Below, piece by piece: positions 49,494 to 60,301 of a DNA stretch of 64,000 bases. Numbering within the stretch: position 1 is the stretch's first letter; each line of letters starts with the position of its first letter. Below the pieces are notes generated by a model that saw nothing but the letters and a program-made list of their open reading frames with translations, made no database searches and was not told the DNA's origin. Position numbers and translations under genes: made by a program. This stretch comes from Klebsormidium nitens (lineage: Eukaryota; Plantae; Klebsormidiophyceae), in assembly GCA_000708835.1 (NCBI GenBank), contig DF237004.1:203612-267611 (forward strand). The letters run 5' to 3'.

Positions 49494-50107
49494 ATGGGCT
49501 GTTCAATCAGCTTTTTTAGGTGGCACTTTCCTGGGGACATTCGACAGTCCAATGATGCGAAGGGGCCAGAACTGAACCCAGATAGTCGGAGCCGTCTTTC
49601 GAAAACTCAGTCAAGAGTGATGGCGGGGGGATGGCGGACGCACGTCGGCGTGCGACGAGAGCATTTGACGTCTCTCAGAATTTCAGAACACGTTTCAGAA
49701 ACTCGGGTACGCTCAGGAAGACCTGGATTGCGCATTAATGTACTTTCGGGACGAGGTTCCTATCATCATTCGGGCATCATTCACTCCGATCCTTGGCGAG
49801 TCGTCAAATATGGCTGGTTGTCAGAGAGGACGGTTTTGGACTGCTTTCTCAGAGACACCCATTATCGAAGCGGTTTCGAAACGGGTTTATCAGATTGGAA
49901 AACGCAAAAGCGAAAGGATTAGGAAAGGGTGCCCTTCTTGGGGCAGTATGACCAGGGATCGGCGCGCGGGGAACGCCCCAAGTACCGGGCTCGGTGAATG
50001 TTTACAAAAAGCCACGTGGAACGGCGCGCGGTTACGGGGGATGCTACTTCGAGCTGCGCGCGGACGTCCGCGCGCGCTGCACCTTCACGTACGGCAACTC
50101 CTCGGAC
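49494..50107 (+). pseudogene. DUF3626-like pseudogene, N-terminal half (frameshifted), in opposite orientation to its C-terminal half
   Basis: MGCSISF..KGPELNPDSRSRLSKTQSRVMAG; YFRDEVPIII; VLDCFLRDTHYRSGFET; GTARGYGGCYFELRADVRARCTFTYGNSSD, spread over several frames and homologous to the intact copy. Confidence 0.85.
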
Positions 50108-50749
50108 GCTGAATTCGGGGCGCAAAAGGTCTTCGTGCCGTGTTCGTGCCCAAGAGGAAGATACGGACGCAGTGGGGTTAGTGGATTGAGTTTCGGACCT
50201 GTAGTTAGTTGTTGGCTCGCCTAGTTAGCGGTAAGGCGCCCGGTGCTCGGGCGTGAAGTCACGAGGAAGTCACGGACAGAAATGGTTTACAGTGTAGCTT
50301 GAGAAATCTACCATGTCGACGAGACTCTGTCTAGGAAAGTTGCTATACACGTGCTATATAGACGAATTGCTCTAAACTCTGTATCAGACTTGAGTAAAAG
50401 AGCGCGAATTACGGCTGTGATTCACTGGATAGTGTACACCCCGGCCTCTTGGCCAATTGTCAAAGCGGCCGATTCGCTCATGCGTCCCGGCATGCATGAG
50501 CCGCCAGGGATGTGAGTGTGTGCACAGATATGCAGCTATTGCATGAACGTGCTGCAATCCACGCATAGTCTAGAATGCAGATTCGCGTTGTCAACCCTGT
50601 GTATTTGGACTCGATTTGGATCCACTCCAAAGAATGAAGCAGGCGCCATTTGTTATCCGTCGCGCAATTTGTTCAATGCATCAACCGGCCAGGCTCCTCC
50701 ATTAAATGATTGTTTGTTTACAGTCCGTTCGGGGCCACGACTGGCCTAG

Positions 50750-51330
50750 TGGACTATCCTATCAAAGCTAGCCTATTATTGTTGTCCTCCTCTTCGGGCT
50801 CAAATGAATGTACTTAGCAACGGAGAGTTGTTCTCTGAAATTGAGAAAGTCTCCTAAGTTCTGGCTAGCATTAGCTTGAAAAAGGTGTCTATATTGGAGC
50901 CTTAAATCTCGATATGCCTCACAATGAAACAAAAAGTGAGCCTCGTCCTCAACTTGATTGCACTTACAGACTTGGCACAATCTATCTTCTTGTATACTCC
51001 ATGCCAGCGACCCGTTTCGACAGCAAGTTTATGCGCCCCTGTCCGGAATCTGGCCAATTCGAGCAAAAGGGGTGGTGCATCTTGAAGCAAATCAAGGTAC
51101 TGTTCCCAATGGTATCCCCTTTTTACTTTCTCAAAGTAGGTGACATACTTCGAACCCCCTTGCTCACGAAGGTCTACCATGTAGGCCAGTTGGGCTCTCT
51201 CTAGGAGACTACGATTTGCAAAGGCGTCAGCTCGTTCTAGCTCCGGCCGGCTAACTAGCTCGAGGCCCCTCTCTACGACTTTCGCATACCAGCCCCCCTT
51301 CCCTTCCCGACACATCATCTTCGACTCCTC
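50750..51330 (-). mobile_element. 5'-truncated non-LTR retrotransposon (LINE) remnant, C-terminal ORF2 zinc-finger region (RTEX/L1-like)
   Basis: LARFRTGAHKLAVETGRWHGV..[frameshift]..CQVCKCNQVEDEAHFLFHCEAYRDLRLQY is the typical C-terminal CCHC region of LINE ORF2. A short A-rich tail (aaacaaacaatca) follows the stop. The element is absent from duplication copy A. Confidence 0.85.
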
Positions 51331-51609
51331 AAATGCGAGCTTTGCTAATCGATCTTAACATCCCTCCAAGCTTCTGGTTCCCAGCCAATCGTGATGTCGA
51401 TTGCGTGACTTTCATACGATACATGACCGACTCAATTGTCGCCTACATTAGTTGCCTGATTTAAGGATTAGGTGCGTACATGTGTTCTACGAATCTGGCG
51501 CATTAAGCCGCGAATGTACAGCTAGCAAGCCCCTAATTAGCTCCTAAGCGTTCCGCAACTGTGCCAACTTACAATGAGATTGATAATCTATCTAACCTCT
51601 ATTCTACCC

Positions 51610-54022
51610 TTACGCTTGCTCGCCCCACTTTTTTAACCTCGCAATCGAGATCTCGTGTAGCTTGCACGCCTCCTCGTATAGCAAAGCGTCCCATCTGTTC
51701 AGTTCTGCGAGCTTTGCCGCCGTGGCTTTCGATAAATTATGTGAATGCACAGCCAGCCCCGCGCTAGAGTCGTCCAAAGTGGTCGGGTTAATTAAGGTGT
51801 CTTCTAGAGGAGCCACCGTTTCTTTCATGTTAAACAAGCGAGAGACTATGGGTGCCAAAGGTCTGACGTCCGACATATTGTCCGCTACGAACACCAGCGC
51901 GAAGCTGCGCAGGTGTTGCAGCGCGCACTCGTAATGCTCGCGCGTCATCCCGGTGAGCAGCGCGCTCGGTGTGTCTTCTTCGAGCCACTCCTCAGAGGCG
52001 CGGTCACTTTCTCGAAGCCCTGAACCACATGACGGTCTGATCAAGGACAATAACGGCCAGAAAGAATAAGATACCAACTAACAATAGAATTGCGAACCTG
52101 CAAGCTACCTGCGGGGAGCCGTAACCAACCTACTACCCCCACATCAGCCCTACCCGTTCCAGGCTGGCAAGTGTATCATTCCCGCCGCTTATTACAATCA
52201 CGCCCCTTGTTTTAGACCCTCACCTGCGCCTTGGTTGCATAAGACCCGTGTCATGTGGTTACTCTTCTGGAAACCGCCGAACTGAAACTCGTCATCCCAA
52301 ATGAAGTCGTCAAACGTCGCATCGCCAGCTGGCGGGATGACCGGCGAAAGCTTCCCGTTCTGGATGTTCCAGTTCCACCAGCTGACGATACGGGACACCG
52401 GATGCCGAAGCGTGGTGACGTAAGCGAAGGAGCCCCGGTGGCCGATCGAGTGGATGCCGTACGAGAAGTGGCCGCTGACGAGACGCGCGCGCTGGAAAGT
52501 GCGTTGGAGGCGGGCGCGTATCGGCTTTGGCAGGCCGTGGTACTTCGCCTCGTAGCTATATGACCAAACCCAAGGTATGCAATCTATGTTCTTCCAGGCT
52601 GGGCTGCACGGGAGGAGATGCACTGTCGGTCAAAAGAGAGAGTGATTCGAAACTCAGGATGTCATAAACCAGTAAGTTCTTCCAACGTTGCTATTAAGAG
52701 TAAGAGAAAAAGAGAAATTTCGACCTACTCTATTGACACTTCTTGCTTGGAACTACGCGTCATGATTAGTGTTGAACTATGATGGAGCCGCTTATCTGAA
52801 TCGGCAGTCGTTCCTTACAGAAACGGGATGGATGAGAATCAAAGATAACGCTTGTATGCAAGATACAGATCTTCTCAAGCGTGTTCACCTCAAAAGAAAG
52901 TGTATTGTACCCCGCCAATGAATCGGCGCCTTGCAGGGGCTAAAAAGGTGCCCCGCAGGTGGGCGCCAGCTAACGCACTTGTCTAATGCTGAAAGTGTTG
53001 CCATCGAAGCCCTAGACATCTTCGCGACACCCAATTGTCACAGGCCTGTTGGGCGTCAACAGTGCCTTAATACGGAGTGGTGCCTTTACGGTGACAAGAC
53101 AACAACTATTGTAGGCATGTCAACACGCAACTTTTTGGCACGGGCCTACACGGTGCATTTCATTTGCTAATTTGAGGAGGGGACAAAATCCTGATGCTTC
53201 GTAAGCACTCACTCATCCCAAGCCGCGATCCCCGGGCAGTTTTTCGGGTCGTACTCTGCGTAGAGCAGGAGACTAAAGAGCCGGTTGCAAGTTTCTCCTT
53301 CCAGTCTCTGGAGTGCGCGCATGTTGGGCTGGCACTCCGCCATGCTCTCATCCGTTGAGAACATGACGTCGAGAGTGCTGCTGGCCGTTTTCTGGATCCG
53401 CAGGAGGAAAACCGTCGCACGGCCCGCAAGGAATTGGTCGTGCAAGGCCTCCAGAGGAAGCAGGTTTGTCCTGTAAAGAAAAAGCTTTTAGAGTAGATCC
53501 AGACCCGCATTTAACACCTTTTATCATCTAATCAACAAAGAATCGAGCTGTTCAACATCGATTTGGAGTTTTGAAAGCAGAGCCCTGCTGAAATTGTGTT
53601 GATCAGATACTGATTCCCGGTGTCAACTCAACTCAGTACCAAACCACTGATGCAGAAGAGCAGCTTTCAGATGAGCTACCTGAAGCAGGAGACCAAGGGC
53701 TAACTTACTCATCATCCACCAGTTCTTCCGCTTCCATGTCGGCGCTCTTTCCGTCATTCTTCCAGGCGTGTAATTGTATGTCATCATTTGCCTGTTTCGC
53801 TGGGTTCAGCATAACTGGGGCGGTTTCATTTCGATTCTGGTGCTCGATGACCGAGTGCTCCAGGGTGCCAGGCACCTCAATCCAGGTCATCCGGTAAAGG
53901 GCCCCATGGAAAAGATAAAGGTAAGCTGCCAAGAACAACCAGCAGAAGAGGAGTGGGTTTAGGCATTTCCAGCGGTTGAATGCTGGCTGTCTGCAGCTTG
54001 CGCGGTGGTTCGGAGGATCCAT
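51610..54022 (-). CDS. Type II membrane Golgi carbohydrate sulfotransferase, copy B, 4 exons, intact
   Basis: Same exon structure as copy A: TM LLFCWLFLAAYLYLF; FLLRIQKTASSTL; LVSGHFSYG; YVTTLRHPVSRIVSWWNW; LNRWDALLYEE. Stop TAA at 51612-51610. Confidence 0.85.
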
Positions 54023-55526
54023 TCTAAAGCGAGCGACAACTGCCTGAGAAACGAGCCTTCCAACGATAGTCGTCTCTCAATCCGCAGCCCTTGTTTGTAC
54101 ATCGAGTCTCTTTCTTGCTCGGATTGATTGTCCTCTCTATTTCTAAAGGAAGGGGCTTCACCTTCGAAAAGTAGCATGACCTACTCTGGCCGCTAGAGTC
54201 GTTTCCAAAGCTGAAGCCTTTTCTGTAAAATTTGCCTGTCACATCGAGCGGCAGAGGAATTGCAAGAGACTAGATTACGAAACGCGGACTAGAAGGAGCC
54301 TTGACCATATCTGCGCCGGTCTGCCGCAGACAAATGTCGGTTGTGAACAAGGTTGTACATGCTTCAGGGAAGCAGAACTGGCAGCTCATATAAGAACCTT
54401 GACCTTAATCCGAACATCTGGTCTTCTAATGCTCAAGCCGTTAGCGCCCAAAACCCAGGTCTTGACAAATTCAATGCTTGGTTGTCTGCAACCCTTTCCT
54501 TGATGTGACGCAACAAAGCGCAAATCTACGTAAAACGTTGTGTTGTGACAAGCACTTGAACTTGAAGCAGTCCGAGTGAGTTGTCATAATGCCGTCATAT
54601 AAGATCTTACCTATTGTAGGTAGCAGCGAGCTGCGAGAAGTTGAGACTCGAGAGCTACCAGCACATTGCGCAGTGCACTGATCGCGACCTCAACAAGAGT
54701 CAAATGTGACCACCCTATAACTCCATGAGTCTGACTCCGACAGTTGTCTCATGAGTGCGGGGAGTCTCCTCATCGACGGTTGAGATTGAATCTTGTAAAA
54801 TGATGACGTACGTAGTATTCGATACCTTCGATAATAATGTAAATACTCTCAGGCAGTAGGTATGTATCAACCAAGTGTAAGACCTAGGAACTTTAGTGTT
54901 CACACTCTTCGACACAGCCTCGTCTTTCGAGTACATGTACCGGTAGTGCCAAAATCCAAAACCCTCGAACCCTCGTGAGGGTTTCCTCACCGGCCGGCCG
55001 CGCACGCGCGGTGGAAAGAGTCGGCCGACGCGCAGGCCGCCGCAGCGCATCCGGTGGCGCGACCTTGCATTTCCACTCAACTCCCTCCAACTTCGCATAG
55101 GCTATGGGCCATACGGGACCGGGACCGGGCCATACGGGACCATAAGCTGTCGTCCCGCGGACCATTCCCATTTTGTGTCTGGCATCATCTCGCTGGACCC
55201 TTGCCCAGTGACGTTTGCTAAGTTCGCTGAGCACGGCTTGCGGGTGCCGTGACAAACTGCGCTTCTAACAATCTGTCAACGTAGGGCCGCATTTGCACGC
55301 CCTTCGCACGCAGTTCCAAAGGGAAACACCCGCAGTAGTGGCCAATGGTGCCCATGCGAATGTCGCCTCGTCAGAAGTAGGGGTGGCTGTAAGGGCGGCC
55401 CAATTCGAGTGCAACCCTGATCGATAGGACCTTTTCCTATCTGCGAGTGGGGCAAGAGATGCGTTGCTACCTGGAAACTGCAGGTCAAAGCTGGGAAATC
55501 AAGACTGGAAGATAGTCTACAACCAG

Positions 55527-58500
55527 ATGGCACAGGGGGAAAGGAGAGAAAGCTTGCGGCAAATTCTGAAGGAGGTACTCCCTGCTGAGTACGAGGCGTT
55601 TGAGGACGATGACTGTGACAACCTTATCAGGAGAAGGTTCACTAAGCTTGGGATGCTCAGGAACGCTGGAGCACTGAAGACCCTGAGGAATGGGCCAGAT
55701 CCGTTGCCTGAAGCCCTCGTGTGCGCCCTGGAGTCTGCAGCAGAGAAGGGTGAGCAGCTGAAACCTTTTTGACTTGAAGATCATGTACCAATCGTATGTG
55801 CAGAGAAGCTGTGACAGAAAAGACTCAGCAAGGCTACTGCGCGCTTGAGCATGTCATTGCGGCTGTCTACTTGTTGACTCTTCAGAACAACAGTCAGTGC
55901 AATCCTCACAACAGTCATTCCTGTGCAACATCATTCGTGCATGCCTGTGGTCGGGCAGAGCGCCGGAGCTCTCTGGTTTACCGTAGATGCAGTGATCCTT
56001 ACCGACCCTCCAGTGTGTTGGTGCCAGTTTGGAGCATGTCCCTCTGCTTCCCGGGTTGTTTCACCTGACAGGCCAGACTGAGTTGACATGATCTCTGAGC
56101 CGGGTGGTCTGCTGTGAAGTTGTCTGGTTGCAGCATCCAAGGCAGCCTGTTGGTAGAAGGCAATGCTTAGCCTGTCACCCTGCCAGGATTCATAGTGACG
56201 AATGAGGAGCCTCACTGCAAGACATCGTCCGCAAATTTAACCTTTCTTCTGAGGATGCTAGGTTCTTCTGCAGCGAGGACGTTTTTGGCTGAGCAGCAAG
56301 CAAGAGCTTTTCTTCCGCTTCTGCCCAAGGGGTTCATTCTATCATAGCTCATGCTCATTTCCGGTAGCTGCACTTTTCTGTGGAAGAAGTGTCTAAGCGC
56401 TTAGAGTTGCGTTTGCCGGGGTCTTGATCGAAGAAGGCACCTGCATTGAAGCTCTCTTTGCTGGTAGTTACCCATTTTGTCCTTTCATGTAGCCTTGATG
56501 CAGGACTGTACTTCGGTGTCTGTCCAACCCTATTTCTGGGGCAACATGGAATCTGCTGTTCCACTTTGGAGAATCTGTGTTGCGATCTGAAGCAGTTGGT
56601 TGGAGATTGTAATGATAGGGCGCATGCCTTTTATGTAATCCTTAATCGGTTTGTTCTCATGAAAGAATCCTCCTTTGTGCAGCCCTTCAACCTCCTCCAA
56701 AACGAGCCTGCAGAAGGATGAAGGCCTTCAGTCTCCAAGATGGGATTGATAAGGAGGGGTTCTTTAGAAAGTCGGAAGAGGCCCCGCAGGTCATTGAGAT
56801 GATCAAGAAGGGGAAGTATCCCCTCATTGCAGATGTTAGGAAAGCAGGAAAGACGACGCTGAAACAGGAGATCGTGGACCTGCTTCATGGACAAACAGTA
56901 GACACGATCAGGGGCGAAAGCGAAGTCAGGGTAGTTGCAGTCACGCTGGGGTGGGGTTTGGAGATGCACGGACAGGTGATTTTCCTGCACCAGAGTCTCA
57001 AGTTCAAACTTGAACATCTGCAACAAGGTTCTTCGCGCTTGATTTTGTTCCAAAAGCTGAGAAAGATCTAACGGTGGTGCAGCGACCGGGATCCTCTCGT
57101 TATTTCCTGCGCACTTGCTCTCCTCATAGTGTTTGCTGCCCTGCTTTCGCTGATTGTTCTTGCTCATGTAGACACAGCTGCCAGAGCACTCGGTAAACGA
57201 TTATTTGTTATCATTGCAGGAGTCCGAAACAGCATTCTGGAAGTATGTGATCGACGATGTCGTTCGGAAATCTCAGGGGCTGCTGGTGCGACATCCAGAC
57301 ACGACAGATTCCGCCGCGGGGTTTGCGAGCCTCTTCCAGTGGGTCAGGCCGACTGGTCCTCTGGTTGTGCTGTGCGTCGATGAAGCCTCCGAGTTGGCAA
57401 AGGCCTCCATCATAAACCGTGCGAGCCTCATGCACTGCTTCCGGGATATGCGCGAGGCCGCCACGCGCAGGCAGCACCGGCTACTTTCAGTCGCTTTCTT
57501 CGGCACCTTCACGGTGCTGCGGATTGTTGACGAGCTTAACGAGGGAAGACCGGGGCCGTCAGGGTAAGGCTTTAAATACCATGCCGTCTGGTCACTCTTG
57601 AACAGTCCGGTGGCTCTTGTCGGTCATAAAGGCAGAGCGTAAGCTTTTCTTTCAAAAATATTTACGCCTTGGTATCCTGACCTGTGGCTGCCCAGTTACC
57701 AACACTCATCTCGTGCGCACATTCTTGTCGAGTGGCTTCGCTCCAGAAGGTTGTCTTAGCTTTGTAGCAGAAGAAGCGGATCCTTTCAAGGGTCAAAAAG
57801 TGCCTTGTCAATCGAGGTCGTCATTAATTGCGGTTTTGCCAAGAATGCATAGTTACCTGGTCTTCGATACGATCTGAAGTGCTCATTATCGACTCGAACA
57901 ACGCTCACGAGTGGATAGTGTCTTCTGAAGTCGAGTTTCGCTTTGCCTGGTTTCCCCTCCCTGTACGTCTGTTTTCGGTGGCTCAATGTCCAACCTGAGC
58001 CGATCTTCAATCTAGATTTTTCATTTGCAGCGCCATTTTCCGGACGTCGCCGTTCCTGCTGGCAACAGGTCCTGAAGTGATCAGGGGCCTGAGGCGCTTT
58101 TCTATTGAAGACATCGTTCAGCTGCTGGAAGAGTACGCCGAGCTGTGCAGAGAGGAGCTCGAGAAGAGGCCGGTTGCGCTGCAGGACCTGCAGAGAATTG
58201 CAGAGTCCATCTTCGAGAAAACCAGGGGCCACAAGGGCCAGACCGTCGCGTGCCTCATGGCGTTGCAGACCAAGCAGCTCCTAGAAAAGAATCTAGACGG
58301 GCCCCTCATTGTAGAGCAGTGGCTGCAGTACCTCAGGACAGACCTGCCTGCGTATGTCGCTCAGTCCACTGTCTTTCGAGCCACAGTCCAGAGCGCTCTC
58401 CAAGCCACTCCAGCCCAGCTCGAGCTCCTCAGCTCCGTCCTCTATAGTGGAACCGCAACTGTGCCGGCTGACCAGGTGCAAGAGATCGCAGAGCCGTTGC

Positions 58501-60301
58501 TAGCAGAAGGAGTTCTTGTGGAAGAAGCGCACGGGGAATCGAGCGAGTTTGGCTACCGGAGAGCGGCAGTCGCCCAGGCGAAGTCCCCGGTGACCCTCGC
58601 GCTCGCATCCCCGCTGATTAGCAGCTGCATCTTCTCGAACATGGTGCGCGACGTGGTTGACTGCGTGCGAGCCTGCCCCCGGAGAGTACTTGGAGTACAT
58701 CGACTTCCTTGTGATTGAGGTAACGTGGCTTCGTTAGGAAAGCTTCTCCTTTGAGTAGTAGTCGGAAGCTTTGATGTGCTGGGATCTTGTTCGTTCGCAG
58801 ACATGTCATAGGCGGCCAACCCTTCTTTGGTGTACATTTGCCCTTCCAGCGGGTCCAAGTTCTGTTGGACGGTGACTAGAACGCCGCACTGCAATGTGCA
58901 GCTTCACATATCAGGCGGCCGTTACGAAGTTGACATGGATCAACTATGAGCACCCAATAATGTCACTTTGAGTCAGACTCGCAGCAAGGCCAATTAAGGC
59001 AACATCTTTAAGCAAGTCGATTTCAAGATGGTTCTTTCCATGACAATGGCCAGTAAAAGCGCACTGTACACCGAAATCTAAAATAAAGCCGACAGTTCTT
59101 GGCACAATCCGATCCAGTCTTTGGACCACACTCATACCACCTGTCCAACCAGCAAATCTCCACTCTAGGCAGCATTGTTGTGTTCGCTGCATAGAGTTTG
59201 TGCATTTGAGAGCCTTTGCATTCATACCCAAATATCGACTGTTCACGTGTTAAAACCCCTGTTTACGCCTTGCAGACGGTGCGCAATCTGAATTGGGCCA
59301 CCATTGCCTGTCACAGAGCAGCAAACGCGTCGGGGGAGCCGTCGGAGTACGCACTGCAAGGCCAGTTCTTGTTGATATTGAATCAATTGCTACGGAAGAC
59401 CGAAAAGGTCCAATTCTTCAGGTATGAAAACTGGCCCCTTCTTTCATCTTTTCCTTCGCCTGCACTTCATAGGGTGGGTGAGGAATGTCGACCCTGCATA
59501 TCTCTGCCAAATTATCTCCTTGTATTCTTTGTCTGGTCGGCCGTTCTTGAAGTGCAAGGTCTTGGTTTCGACCTCTTCGTTATGTATCTTTTCAGTGCCC
59601 AGGAAGAGAATAAACATGCCAAGAGGAAAAAAAAAACCTCAGGGGCTTGCCATTCTCTCTCAAGGATATTCTTTTCTTTAGACTGTTTGACGTCACAAGC
59701 AGAGAAAAGTGAAGTCAGTCTGTCTAGTATTTTCCCTAATATCCCTGATTTAGCATGTAAAATATCCTCTTAGTGTTTGTTCATGCATCCTTTGCCTCTC
59801 CACAGCCTAGTCGCGGAGGCCAGGAACATAACGACCACCTCGGGGAACGTACGAAGACGGATCGACTTCCTCTGCTGGCCCCTTCCACATCGGCTCGGGA
59901 CTATTAGGCCCTTCGCGATCGAGCTGATTGCGTTTGCTGGGAGGGCCGACATCCTGGAGCACATGAGGCGTGGGTACCCGAAGTTGCACGCCGCTGACGT
60001 GGACGGACGAGTCGAGACGTGCCACACAGTGGTCGTCCACGTGTCAGCGGACTGGGCTGCCAAGAGGGGCGCCATAGACTACTTTGGGCCCCCCGAGGGT
60101 GTCGAGGACGTGCACGTCGTGCAAGTTCTTTTCAAAGAGAATGGGGCCAAGGCACGGATAGCATTCGAGGATAGGGATAGGGATAGGGAGATTCCAGTAG
60201 CGGGGCTGCGCAAGGAGGCCAAAATGGTTCTTTCAAAGCTGACGACGCCTCCCAGCTCCACTCCGGGCACCCGAAGGCCTCCTCTTCCCCAGCCCCGTTA
60301 A
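55527..60301 (+). CDS. Crinkler-like (CR) protein: helical SAM-like header + P-loop NTPase + C-terminal PD-(D/E)xK restriction-endonuclease-fold domain; ~6 exons, probable frameshift near 58665
   Basis: Header MAQGERRESLRQILKEVLPAEYEAFEDDDCDNL..GMLRNA..LPEALVCALE. Walker A-like IADVRKAGKTTL; Walker B VVLCVDEAS; SPF motif; FSIEDIVQLLEEY..IFEKTRGHKG. Nuclease-like EYALQGQF..LVAEAR..RRIDFL..FAIELIA. Stop TAA at 60301. Confidence 0.72.

Larger units (their letters stand above)
50108..54600. repeat. Segmental duplication copy B; begins with a remnant of the amylase 3' end (GAQKVFVP vs GEQKIFVP)
   Basis: Collinear with 43855-47900 except for the LINE insertion. The downstream boundary is approximate; weak similarity extends to ~54600. 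Confidence 0.82.

Noticed and set aside
54893-55255. 120-aa minus-strand ORF with a small gggccatacgggacc duplication
   Set aside because: GC-rich intergenic or promoter-like DNA between divergent genes; no protein features.
56631-57167. 178-aa minus-strand ORF
   Set aside because: Antisense to the Walker A exon of the Crinkler-like gene.
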